From Bacteroidales bacterium (GTDB lineage Bacteria > Bacteroidota > Bacteroidia > Bacteroidales > ML635J-15), in NCBI GenBank assembly GCA_003249955.1, contig QKHS01000006.1, forward strand, positions 78,917-142,916: a stretch of DNA of 64,000 nucleotides, read 5' to 3'. Both the position numbers and the translations under genes were made by a program. Below are positions 8,440-17,849 of this stretch, one piece after another (within the stretch, counting starts at the first letter, position 1; the number at the start of each line of letters is the position of its first letter). Under the pieces are notes generated by a model. It worked only from the letters and a program-made list of their open reading frames with translations, made no database searches and had not been told where the DNA came from.

Positions 8440-10038
8440 ATGTTTAAGAAAGTTCCTCATACCTACGTAATTGTTTTTCTTATAGTTATTGTTTCTGCTG
8501 TAATGACCTGGATTATTCCTTCTGGAGAATTTGAAAGGACTCAGAAAACCATGTCGAACGGTAAAGAGAAAACCGTTATCGTGGAAAACTCTTTTCACAA
8601 AGTTGATTCAGAGCCTCAGACCTGGCAGGTCTTCACTTCAATATATAACGGTTTTGTTGCACAATCCCACATAATTGTATTTATACTTTTAATCGGCGGG
8701 GCATTCTGGATTTTAAATGCCAGCAAAGCTCTGGATGCCGGAATTATAACTTTTATTGTTGCCACGAAAAAACTGGAAAAACATCGTTTTTTGAGAAAAA
8801 TAGGTGTTGACAATATTGTTATGGTTCTGATTATGACCATGTTCAGTTTATTCGGAGCAATATTCGGAATGAGTGAAGAAACCATTGCCTTCGTGATTGT
8901 TCTTGTTCCACTGGCAATATCCATGGGCTACGATTCAATTGTAGGTGTATGTCTTGTTTACGTTGCTGCCCATTTGGGGTTTGCAGGAGCAATTCTTAAT
9001 CCTTTTACAATAGGGATAGCTCAGGGATTATCCGATTTGCCTGTTTTCAGCGGTTGGGAATACAGGTTAATCTGCTGGCTTGTTATCAACATTACTGGCT
9101 TCTCTTTCATTTTACTTTATGCCCGCAGAGTTAAGCGTAATCCCGAAAAAAGCCTTAGTTTCGGAGTTGATGATTACTGGAAAAAGAACAAAGTTGAAGC
9201 AGATGAAAAAATTGAATATTATACTCCGCTGAGTGCCTGGATAAGTTTCATTATGGTTTTGGGAGTTCTGGTTTTATTTTCGGCATATTACCCCGATTCG
9301 GTTCTTAAGGTTGGGAACTCAAACTTCCACTTCCCGGCCTTACCGGTTTCAACTCTCGCGTTTGCTCTTGTTTCATATTTTTCGTTAAGAAAGTCTGTTC
9401 ATTTTTATATTCTTACACTGCTGGCTTTCACTGTTGTTTTTCTGATTGTCGGGGTAATGGGTTATGACTGGTATGTTATGGAAATCGGAGCATTGTTTTT
9501 TGCCATGGGCTTAGCATCGGGAATAGCAATGAACAAATCGGCAAACGAAATAACAAAGTTGTTTATCGAAGGAGCTAAAGACATCTTTTCTGCGGCATTT
9601 ATAGTTGGCCTGGCCGGAGGAATTATAGTTATACTTACCGACGGAAAGATTGTTGACACCATAATGTACGGGATGTCTGTTGCAATGCAGAATTTCGGAA
9701 GGGAAGCCTCGTTAGGATCAATGTACGGAATACAAACCATGCTCAACATTATTATTCCTTCGGGGTCAGCAAAAGCAGCACTTACAATGCCTATAATGGC
9801 TCCGTTCTCCGATCTTATCGGAATTGCAAGACAATCAACAGTACTGGCATTCCAGTTTGGTGACGGGTTTACCAATATGATTACTCCGGCATCCGGGGTT
9901 CTTATCGGCTGTCTGGGAATCGCAAAAATACCGTATAATGTCTGGTTTAAATTTATCTGGAAGTTAATTCTTATTCTTTTTGTTTTGGGATTTCTATTAT
10001 TATTACCAACTTTGTATTTTAATATTAATGGATTTTAA
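8440..10038 (+). CDS. YfcC / DcuC-type anaerobic C4-dicarboxylate-carrier-family membrane transporter
   Basis: N-terminus MFKKVPHTYVIVFLIVIVSAVMTWIIPSGEFER is typical of the YfcC family. The protein is polytopic throughout. Confidence 0.65.
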   Translation: MFKKVPHTYVIVFLIVIVSAVMTWIIPSGEFERTQKTMSNGKEKTVIVENSFHKVDSEPQTWQVFTSIYNGFVAQSHIIVFILLIGGAFWILNASKALDAGIITFIVATKKLEKHRFLRKIGVDNIVMVLIMTMFSLFGAIFGMSEETIAFVIVLVPLAISMGYDSIVGVCLVYVAAHLGFAGAILNPFTIGIAQGLSDLPVFSGWEYRLICWLVINITGFSFILLYARRVKRNPEKSLSFGVDDYWKKNKVEADEKIEYYTPLSAWISFIMVLGVLVLFSAYYPDSVLKVGNSNFHFPALPVSTLAFALVSYFSLRKSVHFYILTLLAFTVVFLIVGVMGYDWYVMEIGALFFAMGLASGIAMNKSANEITKLFIEGAKDIFSAAFIVGLAGGIIVILTDGKIVDTIMYGMSVAMQNFGREASLGSMYGIQTMLNIIIPSGSAKAALTMPIMAPFSDLIGIARQSTVLAFQFGDGFTNMITPASGVLIGCLGIAKIPYNVWFKFIWKLILILFVLGFLLLLPTLYFNINGF

Positions 10039-10046
10039 ACTATTTT

Positions 10047-10778
10047 ATGAAACTTGTTCTTTCTTCAATTTTAATTCTGTTTTTCATAAATGCTTTTGCA
10101 CAACCATATCCCGTACAACATGACAGCACGCATGTATTTTATGCCGAAGCAGGAATCGGAGCAGCCATACCTTACGGAACATTCAAATATATTCATGGTG
10201 GGGAAAACAACGGATATGCCTTTAATGGAGTTAGTTTTATCTTAAGCGCAAAAACTTATAAAAATAAATTCTTCGGTCTTAAATACGGGGCAGTAGGAAT
10301 GATTAATCCTGTTGATGATTCATTTCATACCAGATTAAACGTATCGTATGACATCACAAAAAAAATGGGTAAATGGATAAATGTTTTGTACGGATTCGGG
10401 CCTGTTTTTTATGCATCAAATGAGAGTGTACTTTTTGAGTTTAACATTCTTGCAGGTTTTATTTCTTCCACCAGGCCTAAGGTTGTCTATAGATATTTTG
10501 ACTTGTCAGGACTTTTGACCAATGAATATTCATTAACAGGAGGCTATGGACTAGGGCTTGGTTTTATGCCTGAACTCTCGATGAGTTTTAAACTTGATGA
10601 AAAGATTTCTTTGAAAATTTTTGCAAACTATGTTTTTGCAAAGGCAAAAGTCAACTACAAAATTTTTGGAGGAACTTATGATAATTACACAGGACTTGAT
10701 TTCCTCGGCAGTTATGTGCAACCACTTTTGCTGCAATCTCTCAACGGAGGTGTCAGCATGGTTATACTGTTGGAGTAA
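10047..10778 (+). CDS. Hypothetical secreted protein, possible beta-barrel
   Basis: Signal peptide (…FINAFAQ) and Gly/aromatic-rich alternating strands. No family motif recognised. Confidence 0.35.
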   Translation: MKLVLSSILILFFINAFAQPYPVQHDSTHVFYAEAGIGAAIPYGTFKYIHGGENNGYAFNGVSFILSAKTYKNKFFGLKYGAVGMINPVDDSFHTRLNVSYDITKKMGKWINVLYGFGPVFYASNESVLFEFNILAGFISSTRPKVVYRYFDLSGLLTNEYSLTGGYGLGLGFMPELSMSFKLDEKISLKIFANYVFAKAKVNYKIFGGTYDNYTGLDFLGSYVQPLLLQSLNGGVSMVILLE

Positions 10779-10877
10779 ACTTTGTGCTAATCAGCTTCTT
10801 TTCTTAATCACAAGACCGGTAAATACTTACATCTGTCCTATCTCCCAATACCCTGAAATCAATCTCAGTATTTGGTA

Positions 10878-11075
10878 AATATTTAGGTGTTATACCGGAA
10901 GTTTTACTTGCGTGCGTCGCACTGAGCTGTGCCGAAGCGAGGGCTAAAGCCGTTGATTTTAAAATGGTATTATCTGTGTTTCTCTTATTTTATTGTCATC
11001 TCCTTTGAGCAAGACATCGAATATTACAACATTTTATCATCAGTTCCTTTTCTTCAAAAAACCACCTGAATAATT
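10878..11075. repeat. MITE-like element A (termini ATTTAGGTG ... CACCTGAAT) with a GC-rich internal insertion
   Basis: The left end 10881-10889 (atttaggtg) and right end 11063-11071 (cacctgaat) are inverted. The core 10971-11061 is about 96% identical to 15203-15292. Confidence 0.55.
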
Positions 11076-11181
11076 ATAATATTTTTTACAGATGGGACTA
11101 TAATACTCTAAAAAACATTATCTTAGCAAAAAATTAGGCAGAATTTTTGATAGTAAAAACCGTTAACTAAAATTTTATAAC

Positions 11182-11529
11182 ATGAAAAAGAAATTATTAT
11201 TCTTAAGTTTTGTATCAGTAATGCTTTTTCTGGGTAGCTCAGCTTTCTCGCAAAAAGTTTACAGTTGTGAGTACAAAAGCGATGCTGATGTTAAAGTTTA
11301 TGTAGCTTCGTACAAAAGCGATGCCGATCTGGTTGTTTATAAATGTGATTATTCAAGCGATGCCACAGGCAACAAAGGGTTATGGTATTTCTGCAATTAC
11401 AAAAGCGATGCTAAGAAAAAAATCTATTTCTGCGATTACAAAAGCGATGCTGATCTGGTAATTTATTTCTCTGATTACAAAAGTGATGCAGGCTGGAGAA
11501 ATACATCCAAACAGTCTTTGATGTATTAA
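11182..11529 (+). CDS. Small secreted repeat protein, six YKSDAD-plus-beta-strand units
   Basis: Signal peptide (…GSSAFSQ), then YKSDAD-VKVYV, YKSDAD-LVVYK, YSSDAT-GNKGLWYF, YKSDAK-KKIYF, YKSDAD-LVIYF and YKSDAG-WRN. Confidence 0.75.
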   Translation: MKKKLLFLSFVSVMLFLGSSAFSQKVYSCEYKSDADVKVYVASYKSDADLVVYKCDYSSDATGNKGLWYFCNYKSDAKKKIYFCDYKSDADLVIYFSDYKSDAGWRNTSKQSLMY

Positions 11530-11567
11530 GTGCAAAGTTCGGTGTTAAACTTAAAAAAAAAGAAACT

Positions 11568-11912
11568 ATGAAAAACATTTTCAAAATTATTGTTATGTCA
11601 GGATTTATGTTTCTGGCATACACATCTTTCGGACAGAAAGTTTATTCCTGCGATTCAAAATATGACGCAGATGTTAAAGTGTGGGTAGCTGACAGTAAAT
11701 ACGATGCCGACCTTGTTGTTTACAAATGTGATTCTCAGTACGACGCAACAGACAATAAAGGCTTATGGTATTTTACAAGTTCAAAGTATGATGCAGATAA
11801 AGTAATTTACTTTGTTGACTCAAAATACGATGCCGATATAATTATTTATTTCTGCGATTCAAAATATGATGCAGAATGGAGAAACTCCTCAAAAAAACAG
11901 CTTTTTTACTAA
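11568..11912 (+). CDS. Small secreted repeat protein, six SKYDAD-plus-beta-strand units (paralog of 11182..11529)
   Basis: Signal peptide (…AYTSFGQ), then SKYDAD-VKVWV, SKYDAD-LVVYK, SQYDAT-DNKGLWYF, SKYDAD-KVIYF, SKYDAD-IIIYF and SKYDAE-WRN. Confidence 0.75.
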   Translation: MKNIFKIIVMSGFMFLAYTSFGQKVYSCDSKYDADVKVWVADSKYDADLVVYKCDSQYDATDNKGLWYFTSSKYDADKVIYFVDSKYDADIIIYFCDSKYDAEWRNSSKKQLFY

Positions 11913-11918
11913 AATATA

Positions 11919-14144
11919 ATGAGCATTAAGCTTAAACGCTGGCAAAAAATTACGTTAATCAGTATTGCAGGCATCCTTGCAGTACTGATTTTCTTTAATA
12001 TCTGGCTAAACAATTTCCTTCGTAAGAATATTGAAGAAGGCTTTAACTCCGTGCTTAATGCAAAAGTAAATATCGAAAAGCTGAAAGTAAACTTCTTTAC
12101 CGGCTCGGTAAATATTTACGGATTTTCAATCACCGGAAAAAAAGATTTCAAAAACGACACTATTGCTTATCTGGAAAAGCTGGTGCTAAAGCCATTATCG
12201 TACGACAGCAAAACAATGAGCCTTGATTTCAGAGACATAACAATATCAGAACTTAATGTTAAAAGCATAATCTCTGAGAACGGAAACAACTGCTGGGAAA
12301 ATATAATCAAGGAAGATTCTACCGCCCGGAAAGAAGCCGAAAACGAAAATTTAAAACTGTTCGTGGAAAACTTTACTCTTGAAAATGCAAATATTGAAGT
12401 TATAGACAGACAAACGAATAAAAATCAATATTTCCGCAAAATAAATGTCAGGATTAACTCGAAGAAAGAGTCCGGGAAAATAATTTCTGATTTTAGCTCT
12501 GATTGCCTTTCAGTAACTGATTACTTAGGAGAAAAAAGTTTTTCTGTCAGCGGAAACCTGAAATATGAAAACAACATTATTGATGCTGCCGCAGTACTGA
12601 AAGCGGATAATTTCCCGCTAAATATAAACCTTAAACTTAATGTTGACAGTGTATCTCTTATAGCATCGGAACTGAACATAGATGCCGATTTTTCCGAGTT
12701 GCCTGTAACAGAAGATATTATAAGCAAAGGTAAGCTTAAACTTAAAATAAGTTCATCCGGAATTTTTGACAATAATCCTGTAAAAAGTATAAACGCTGTT
12801 TTTTCTGCCGACAGTTTAACACTGCTAAATACAGCAAGTAACAAAGAACTTTTTGCTGATTTTAACATCGCATTCAACTACTATAATTCCACACACCGTG
12901 ATATAAAAATTTATTCAGATGAAATGCTATTGTCATCCGGGGATGAACAAATAAAAGGATTTATAAACTTTTGTCTCAACGACTCTGTTCTAGCTGCAGA
13001 TTCGGATATAGCAGGAAGTTTCGGCACCGGTGTCCTGAATGAAATTTTCGAGGACGTGACATCCCTGCCGGTTATAAATCTTAATGTTTCGTCAGGAATA
13101 AAAGGTAACCTGAATGCAAAAGAAAACAAACTAAACGGTGAATTTCTGACAGATATTTCTTTTTTCAGCAAACAGGCTAAAATTCCTGAATTTACTGTCG
13201 CTTTTAACAAAGACAATTTTAAATTAAACACTTTTATATGTTCGGATTTGTTAACCGGACGTTTTGATTACCAATTATCCGGATTTGAAAATATATTTAA
13301 ATCCGGCACACTTAAGCAACTTATAAATACAGACATAAGCAGTATCCATATTCCAGCGACAAATGGAATGGCCGACCCGGGGAATATTACCGGACTTGAA
13401 AACGAGAGTCCCGACTTCCGGTTCCCGGTAAAAACAGAAACAGTTTTCAGGCTTTCGGTTGACTCATTAGTTTTGGGACAAAAAGCTATTACAAATATTA
13501 ATGCAGAACTGAAGTATTGCCCTGGTTTGGCAGAGATCTCAAACTTCAACCTCAATATCGGCAGCGGCATTTTAAGCGGAAAAGCTAGTTATACGAAAAT
13601 GAATGATAACATGCAACTTGTTACAGATTTTAAACTGCTGGATCTTGATTTAAGTTTTTTCGCCAACGACAGTGTTGATATTGCAGGAATTATCAGTTTT
13701 GACTTTCAGAATACCGTTTACGAAGGTCCGGACACAACAATATACCGAAAAAACAAAGGTAGCAACAGCCTGAAAATTAAAGGTTTCCATGTTAAAACCG
13801 GATTTTTGCGCGAATATGAAATTGATGAAGACTACATAAAAATCGAAGATACTGAGCTTTATGCTGAATTAAATGCTGATATGTTTTCAATTAGTCCGGC
13901 AGACATTAAAATAAACGATGCCTCAATAAATCTGAAAGGAGAATATAACATCCTTAACAACAGCATATTAGTCCCTGTGTTATTTGATATCCCTGATAAA
14001 TACCTGAGTTCAAAAATAAAACTCGCGATATCAATGTTCTCTGAAAGTTCAGAGAAGAGAATTCCGGAAAAAGAAAAACGTAATACATATTTGCTGCGAA
14101 TCGGAGGCACAATTACAAATCCGGAATATAAAGTCTTTGAATAA
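11919..14144 (+). CDS. AsmA-like envelope protein (N-terminal membrane anchor, long repetitive beta-rich body)
   Basis: The N-terminus (KITLISIAGILAVLIFFNIWLNNFLRKNIEEGFNSVLNAKVNIEKLKVNFFTGSVNIYGFSITGKKDFKNDTIAYL...GNNCW) follows the AsmA-family N-terminal pattern. It starts 7 nt after the preceding gene. Confidence 0.55.
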   Translation: MSIKLKRWQKITLISIAGILAVLIFFNIWLNNFLRKNIEEGFNSVLNAKVNIEKLKVNFFTGSVNIYGFSITGKKDFKNDTIAYLEKLVLKPLSYDSKTMSLDFRDITISELNVKSIISENGNNCWENIIKEDSTARKEAENENLKLFVENFTLENANIEVIDRQTNKNQYFRKINVRINSKKESGKIISDFSSDCLSVTDYLGEKSFSVSGNLKYENNIIDAAAVLKADNFPLNINLKLNVDSVSLIASELNIDADFSELPVTEDIISKGKLKLKISSSGIFDNNPVKSINAVFSADSLTLLNTASNKELFADFNIAFNYYNSTHRDIKIYSDEMLLSSGDEQIKGFINFCLNDSVLAADSDIAGSFGTGVLNEIFEDVTSLPVINLNVSSGIKGNLNAKENKLNGEFLTDISFFSKQAKIPEFTVAFNKDNFKLNTFICSDLLTGRFDYQLSGFENIFKSGTLKQLINTDISSIHIPATNGMADPGNITGLENESPDFRFPVKTETVFRLSVDSLVLGQKAITNINAELKYCPGLAEISNFNLNIGSGILSGKASYTKMNDNMQLVTDFKLLDLDLSFFANDSVDIAGIISFDFQNTVYEGPDTTIYRKNKGSNSLKIKGFHVKTGFLREYEIDEDYIKIEDTELYAELNADMFSISPADIKINDASINLKGEYNILNNSILVPVLFDIPDKYLSSKIKLAISMFSESSEKRIPEKEKRNTYLLRIGGTITNPEYKVFE

Positions 14145-14218
14145 TTCCACTGAAAACTTCATATCAGGCATTATGGATTCAGTAAGATTAATAGTCTGAA
14201 TTTATTTCATTGCAACAG

Positions 14219-15028
14219 CTATTCAGGCTGTATTACAACAGATGTCATTGTCAAAGAACCAGCAACCGGTTTATCGTTAAACAGACTTATTCTGTCATTT
14301 TTATCTTTTAATGCCAGTGCATAAATCAATGGTAAATAATGTTCGGGTGTCGGAACAGCAAGTTCAAATGATTTTCCCTGTGACTTATAATTTATAAGAT
14401 TATTATGGTCATCACTCAGAATATAGTTTTTCATTTTCTCATTTGCCTCAATGGCCCAGTCGTAGGCAAAAGGTTTTCCACCAAGACTTTCCCAGGCAAC
14501 CATCCCAAGGTTATGAACCATATTACCGCTACCTATTATCAATACTCCTTTATTTCTCAAAACAGAAAGTTGTTTTGCCAGTTCATAATGGTATTGCGGC
14601 GTTTTTGTAAAGTCAATGCTCATTTGTATTACAGGCACATCTGCATCAGGATACAAATGTTTTATTACACTCCATGCCCCGTGATCCAGCCCGCGGTTTT
14701 GATCCAGCCCGATTTTAGGTTCTGTAATCAAACTTTTTGTTTCCTCAGCTAATGCCGGGCTTCCGGGAGCAGGATACTGCACTTCATACAATTTTCGTGG
14801 AAAACCTCCGAAGTCGTGTATAGTAGATGGCTTCGACGTTGAAGTAACAAACGTTCCCCTGGTTTCCCAATGCGCAGAAATGCATAGCACAGCATCAGGT
14901 TTTACAATTTCTTTCCCGATTTTTCTGAATCCGTCCACGAATTCATTTTCTTCAATTGCATTCATAGGGCTGCCGTGTCCTAAAAACAGAACCGGCATTT
15001 TTCCGGTGTTTCTTAATGTTCCTGTCAT
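14219..15028 (-). CDS. ygiD: 4,5-DOPA dioxygenase extradiol-like (class III extradiol dioxygenase, YgiD family)
   Basis: Motifs MPVLFLGHGSPMNAIEEN, ISAHWET, DHGAWSV and GSGNMVHNL. The true start could be the internal MPVLF methionine. Confidence 0.8.
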   Translation of the reverse strand: MTGTLRNTGKMPVLFLGHGSPMNAIEENEFVDGFRKIGKEIVKPDAVLCISAHWETRGTFVTSTSKPSTIHDFGGFPRKLYEVQYPAPGSPALAEETKSLITEPKIGLDQNRGLDHGAWSVIKHLYPDADVPVIQMSIDFTKTPQYHYELAKQLSVLRNKGVLIIGSGNMVHNLGMVAWESLGGKPFAYDWAIEANEKMKNYILSDDHNNLINYKSQGKSFELAVPTPEHYLPLIYALALKDKNDRISLFNDKPVAGSLTMTSVVIQPE

Positions 15029-15189
15029 GCTGTTTGGTATTTATTATTGTTTTATTAACACGAAAATGATAGTAATTGTTCAGATGGGTTTTTGGAGTTC
15101 GGAGTGCGGAGTTCGGAGCGATGGCTTGCAGAAGTATGAGTTTTTTGATTTCTTCAGAATCGTAACCGGAAATATATTGTTATTTTGTA

Positions 15190-15482
15190 ACTATTTAGGT
15201 GTTATCTGTGTTTCTCTTATTATTGTCATCTCCTTTGAGCAAAACATCGAATACTACAACATTTTATCATCAGTTCCTTTTCTTCAAAAAAAGTAAGGTA
15301 ATAAAGGTTCATTTCTACGATGTCTTACATTTCTATTGAGGTCGAAAAATAATAAGGTTTAATAAGGAATAAAAACCTTATTTCCTTCGGTTAAACCTTA
15401 ATAGCACAAGAATTAACGCAACAAGTTCAACCTTATTACCTCTCTTATTAAACTATCGTTTTCTAAAACCACCTAAATAATT
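15190..15482. repeat. MITE-like element B (termini ATTTAGGTG ... CACCTAAAT) with a ~175-bp internal insertion
   Basis: The left end is 15193-15201 and the right end 15470-15478, a perfect 9-nt inverted pair. The core 15203-15292 matches element A. The element abuts the stop codon of the DUF362 gene. Confidence 0.55.
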
Positions 15483-15485
15483 ACG

Positions 15486-16610
15486 TTATTTTTTCCTGTA
15501 CTTTCTTTTATCGATATTAACCAGTTTATAATCTGAATTCCCCATTCCCAGTTGTTCGGCATACTCAATCTGATGTTTTCCGCTAACTGAGTTGGCTTCG
15601 AGAAAAGCATCATCACAATGATGTGCTTTATCCACGAGATCGTGAGCAGCAGCTTCAATAGCAACAATATCCGTAGATACCAGAATCCCGATATCCGGAA
15701 CAAATGGTTTTTTGGGATTACCGGAGCAGTCGCAACTTGGTGAAACACTTATGACAATATTGAAGTAAATTGAATTTTTCAATTCGATTACAGGCTTTGC
15801 ATATTCAACCAATCCTTCAAGAAAACGTTTTGTCTGTTCTGCATCATCGGGAGTTGTTATTGCTTTGACAGGACATGATGATATACACTTTCCGCAACCT
15901 ATACATTTTTCCTTGTCAATAGTAAGGGGATTAAGTGTAATGGCATTAGCCGGGCAGTCTCTCACGCAGGCACCGCAACCTATACATTTTGTACTGTCAG
16001 TTTTCGGAAAATCATTAAAGTGCATATCCCGTTTCCCTTCAGGAGTAGCCATTCCCATTGAAGCATTTTTGATACAACCGCCAAAGCCTGCAGATCCATG
16101 TCCTTTAAAATGAGTGAAATAAATTATAGTTTCATAATTTTCGAGGTTCTTACCGATTAAAGCTGTTTTAAAATGGGTACCTCCTTCGATAGGCAAACTC
16201 AAAGTTCCGCCCTCATCCAGAATGTCTATCGGGGCAAATGTAAACCCATGATCGCGTGCCAGTTCTATGTGTGTGGCAGTTTCGCGGCGGCGGCCTTTAT
16301 AAGCGACATTTGTTTCAATAAGTGTGGCATTAAGTTCTTTGCATAGCGGCTCAACCATAGTTGCGGGTACAAAATAGCTGTTACCGTCTTCGCCGAAGTG
16401 TACTTTAATCCCGACTTTACCTTTCACACTGTCTTTTACAAACTCAAATATTCTCATTACTCCTTCCGGCGAAATATCTTTTGTAAAATAAACTATTGAT
16501 TTTTCTTTACTGTTTTGTGACCACGAGCTGTTAGCCCAGAACAGTAATCCGACAATAAGAAAAGTAAACAGTCCCGCTTTTTTTACTCCTTTTAAACAAT
16601 TTATAATCAT
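15486..16610 (-). CDS. DUF362 domain protein with inserted 2x[4Fe-4S] ferredoxin domain
   Basis: Two CxxCxxCxxxCP motifs (CIGCGACVRDCP, CIGCGKCISSCP) are embedded in a DUF362-like frame. There is an N-terminal signal or anchor. Confidence 0.7.
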   Translation of the reverse strand: MIINCLKGVKKAGLFTFLIVGLLFWANSSWSQNSKEKSIVYFTKDISPEGVMRIFEFVKDSVKGKVGIKVHFGEDGNSYFVPATMVEPLCKELNATLIETNVAYKGRRRETATHIELARDHGFTFAPIDILDEGGTLSLPIEGGTHFKTALIGKNLENYETIIYFTHFKGHGSAGFGGCIKNASMGMATPEGKRDMHFNDFPKTDSTKCIGCGACVRDCPANAITLNPLTIDKEKCIGCGKCISSCPVKAITTPDDAEQTKRFLEGLVEYAKPVIELKNSIYFNIVISVSPSCDCSGNPKKPFVPDIGILVSTDIVAIEAAAHDLVDKAHHCDDAFLEANSVSGKHQIEYAEQLGMGNSDYKLVNIDKRKYRKK

Positions 16611-17195
16611 AGAATTGATTTTATATTTTTACTTAATTTTTCTGGTTGCGAAGATACAAATAATATGACAGAGGTAATACCCGGTTGCGGGATGTTCTTT
16701 ATTATTTTTCAGTTTATTTCTATTACGACATTTCCTCTTTTGTGTCCTTTTTCAACATATTGATGAGCCTCTGGCAGATTATCAATGCAGATTATAAAAA
16801 CAATTGTTGTTTCCGCATCCACCAATGTTTAACTGTGCGATATGCTACTGCAACATTTAAATTGTAAATGTCAGATGCCAATGTTTTAATAAATTTTCCG
16901 TTTTGACAAATTAGCATTTCCATAAAATCTACAGGAAATAAGATAACTCTTCATGCCAGATTTTGCATAGGCCACAAACCTGAGCTTATCCTTTTTTGTA
17001 ATATTCAGCTCTGGCTTTTCTCTGTTTGAAATAGGCTACAAACAATAATGACAGAGGAAAAAACGCCACAATTAAAATCCATTTTACTATTTTCAATATT
17101 ATTTCCATACGGGTAAATTTGTAATGTTTATAAACATGAAAAGCATCCTCTGACAGATTCCCGGTAAAAAACTTAATTTATAAATACGGCCCGGA

Positions 17196-17849
17196 TTACA
17201 TCATATTTTTGAAATATCCTACAAATACTGCATCTTCAATTGTTTTCACATCAGCATTTTCAGAATTGTAAAGTTTGCAACTGAAAGAGCATTTAAACTT
17301 AACGCAGAACTCATAAGCAGACGGGGCATCTTCCAGATCATCAATAGTAAAAACAGAGCCATCCTGATTTGCTGTTCCCAAAGATGTGCTCCATAGTAAT
17401 CCGTTACTGTCAAACATCTGAACCTCAAATCCGTTTTCTGCCTCAAAAGAATATGGTTTGCTTCCTGTAGTAAAGAAACCGGAAAATGTTTCGTTTGAAG
17501 GAGCCCCTCCTGTAGATGAAAAAGTTCCGTAAGTCATATCCAGCATAGGTTGATCAACGTTGCGGATATCTGTCATTCCTGAACCATACTTATAAGTGCT
17601 GGTAATTTCCCCGGTACTTGAAGAACTTGAGCAATAATCAATATATTTATTCCCTTCAATATAACTAACTTTAACGCCGTCAACAGTACCCACAAATCGT
17701 GGCGTGGATTTTATTGTAATAACAGTTTCGACATCCGGAGTTTCCGGAGTCTCTGTAACTTCAGGATCATCTTTTTTACATCCTGTAATAAATAAAGAGG
17801 CTCCCAACAATAAACTTATTGCAACAAATAAGAACTTTCTAGTTTTCAT
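17196..17849 (-). CDS. Hypothetical lipoprotein
   Basis: Lipobox LFITGC followed by an acidic/Thr-Pro linker. No family motif recognised. Confidence 0.5.
   Translation of the reverse strand: MKTRKFLFVAISLLLGASLFITGCKKDDPEVTETPETPDVETVITIKSTPRFVGTVDGVKVSYIEGNKYIDYCSSSSSTGEITSTYKYGSGMTDIRNVDQPMLDMTYGTFSSTGGAPSNETFSGFFTTGSKPYSFEAENGFEVQMFDSNGLLWSTSLGTANQDGSVFTIDDLEDAPSAYEFCVKFKCSFSCKLYNSENADVKTIEDAVFVGYFKNMM

Noticed and set aside
10971-11061. The ~90-nt core shared by the two MITE-like elements as a structured ncRNA or a small-protein gene (AAGGAG-ATG on the minus strand).
   Set aside because: The ATG-led frames differ between the two copies (12 codons vs 4 codons). The AAGGAG abuts the ATG with no spacing. 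I could not find convincing intramolecular stems by eye.
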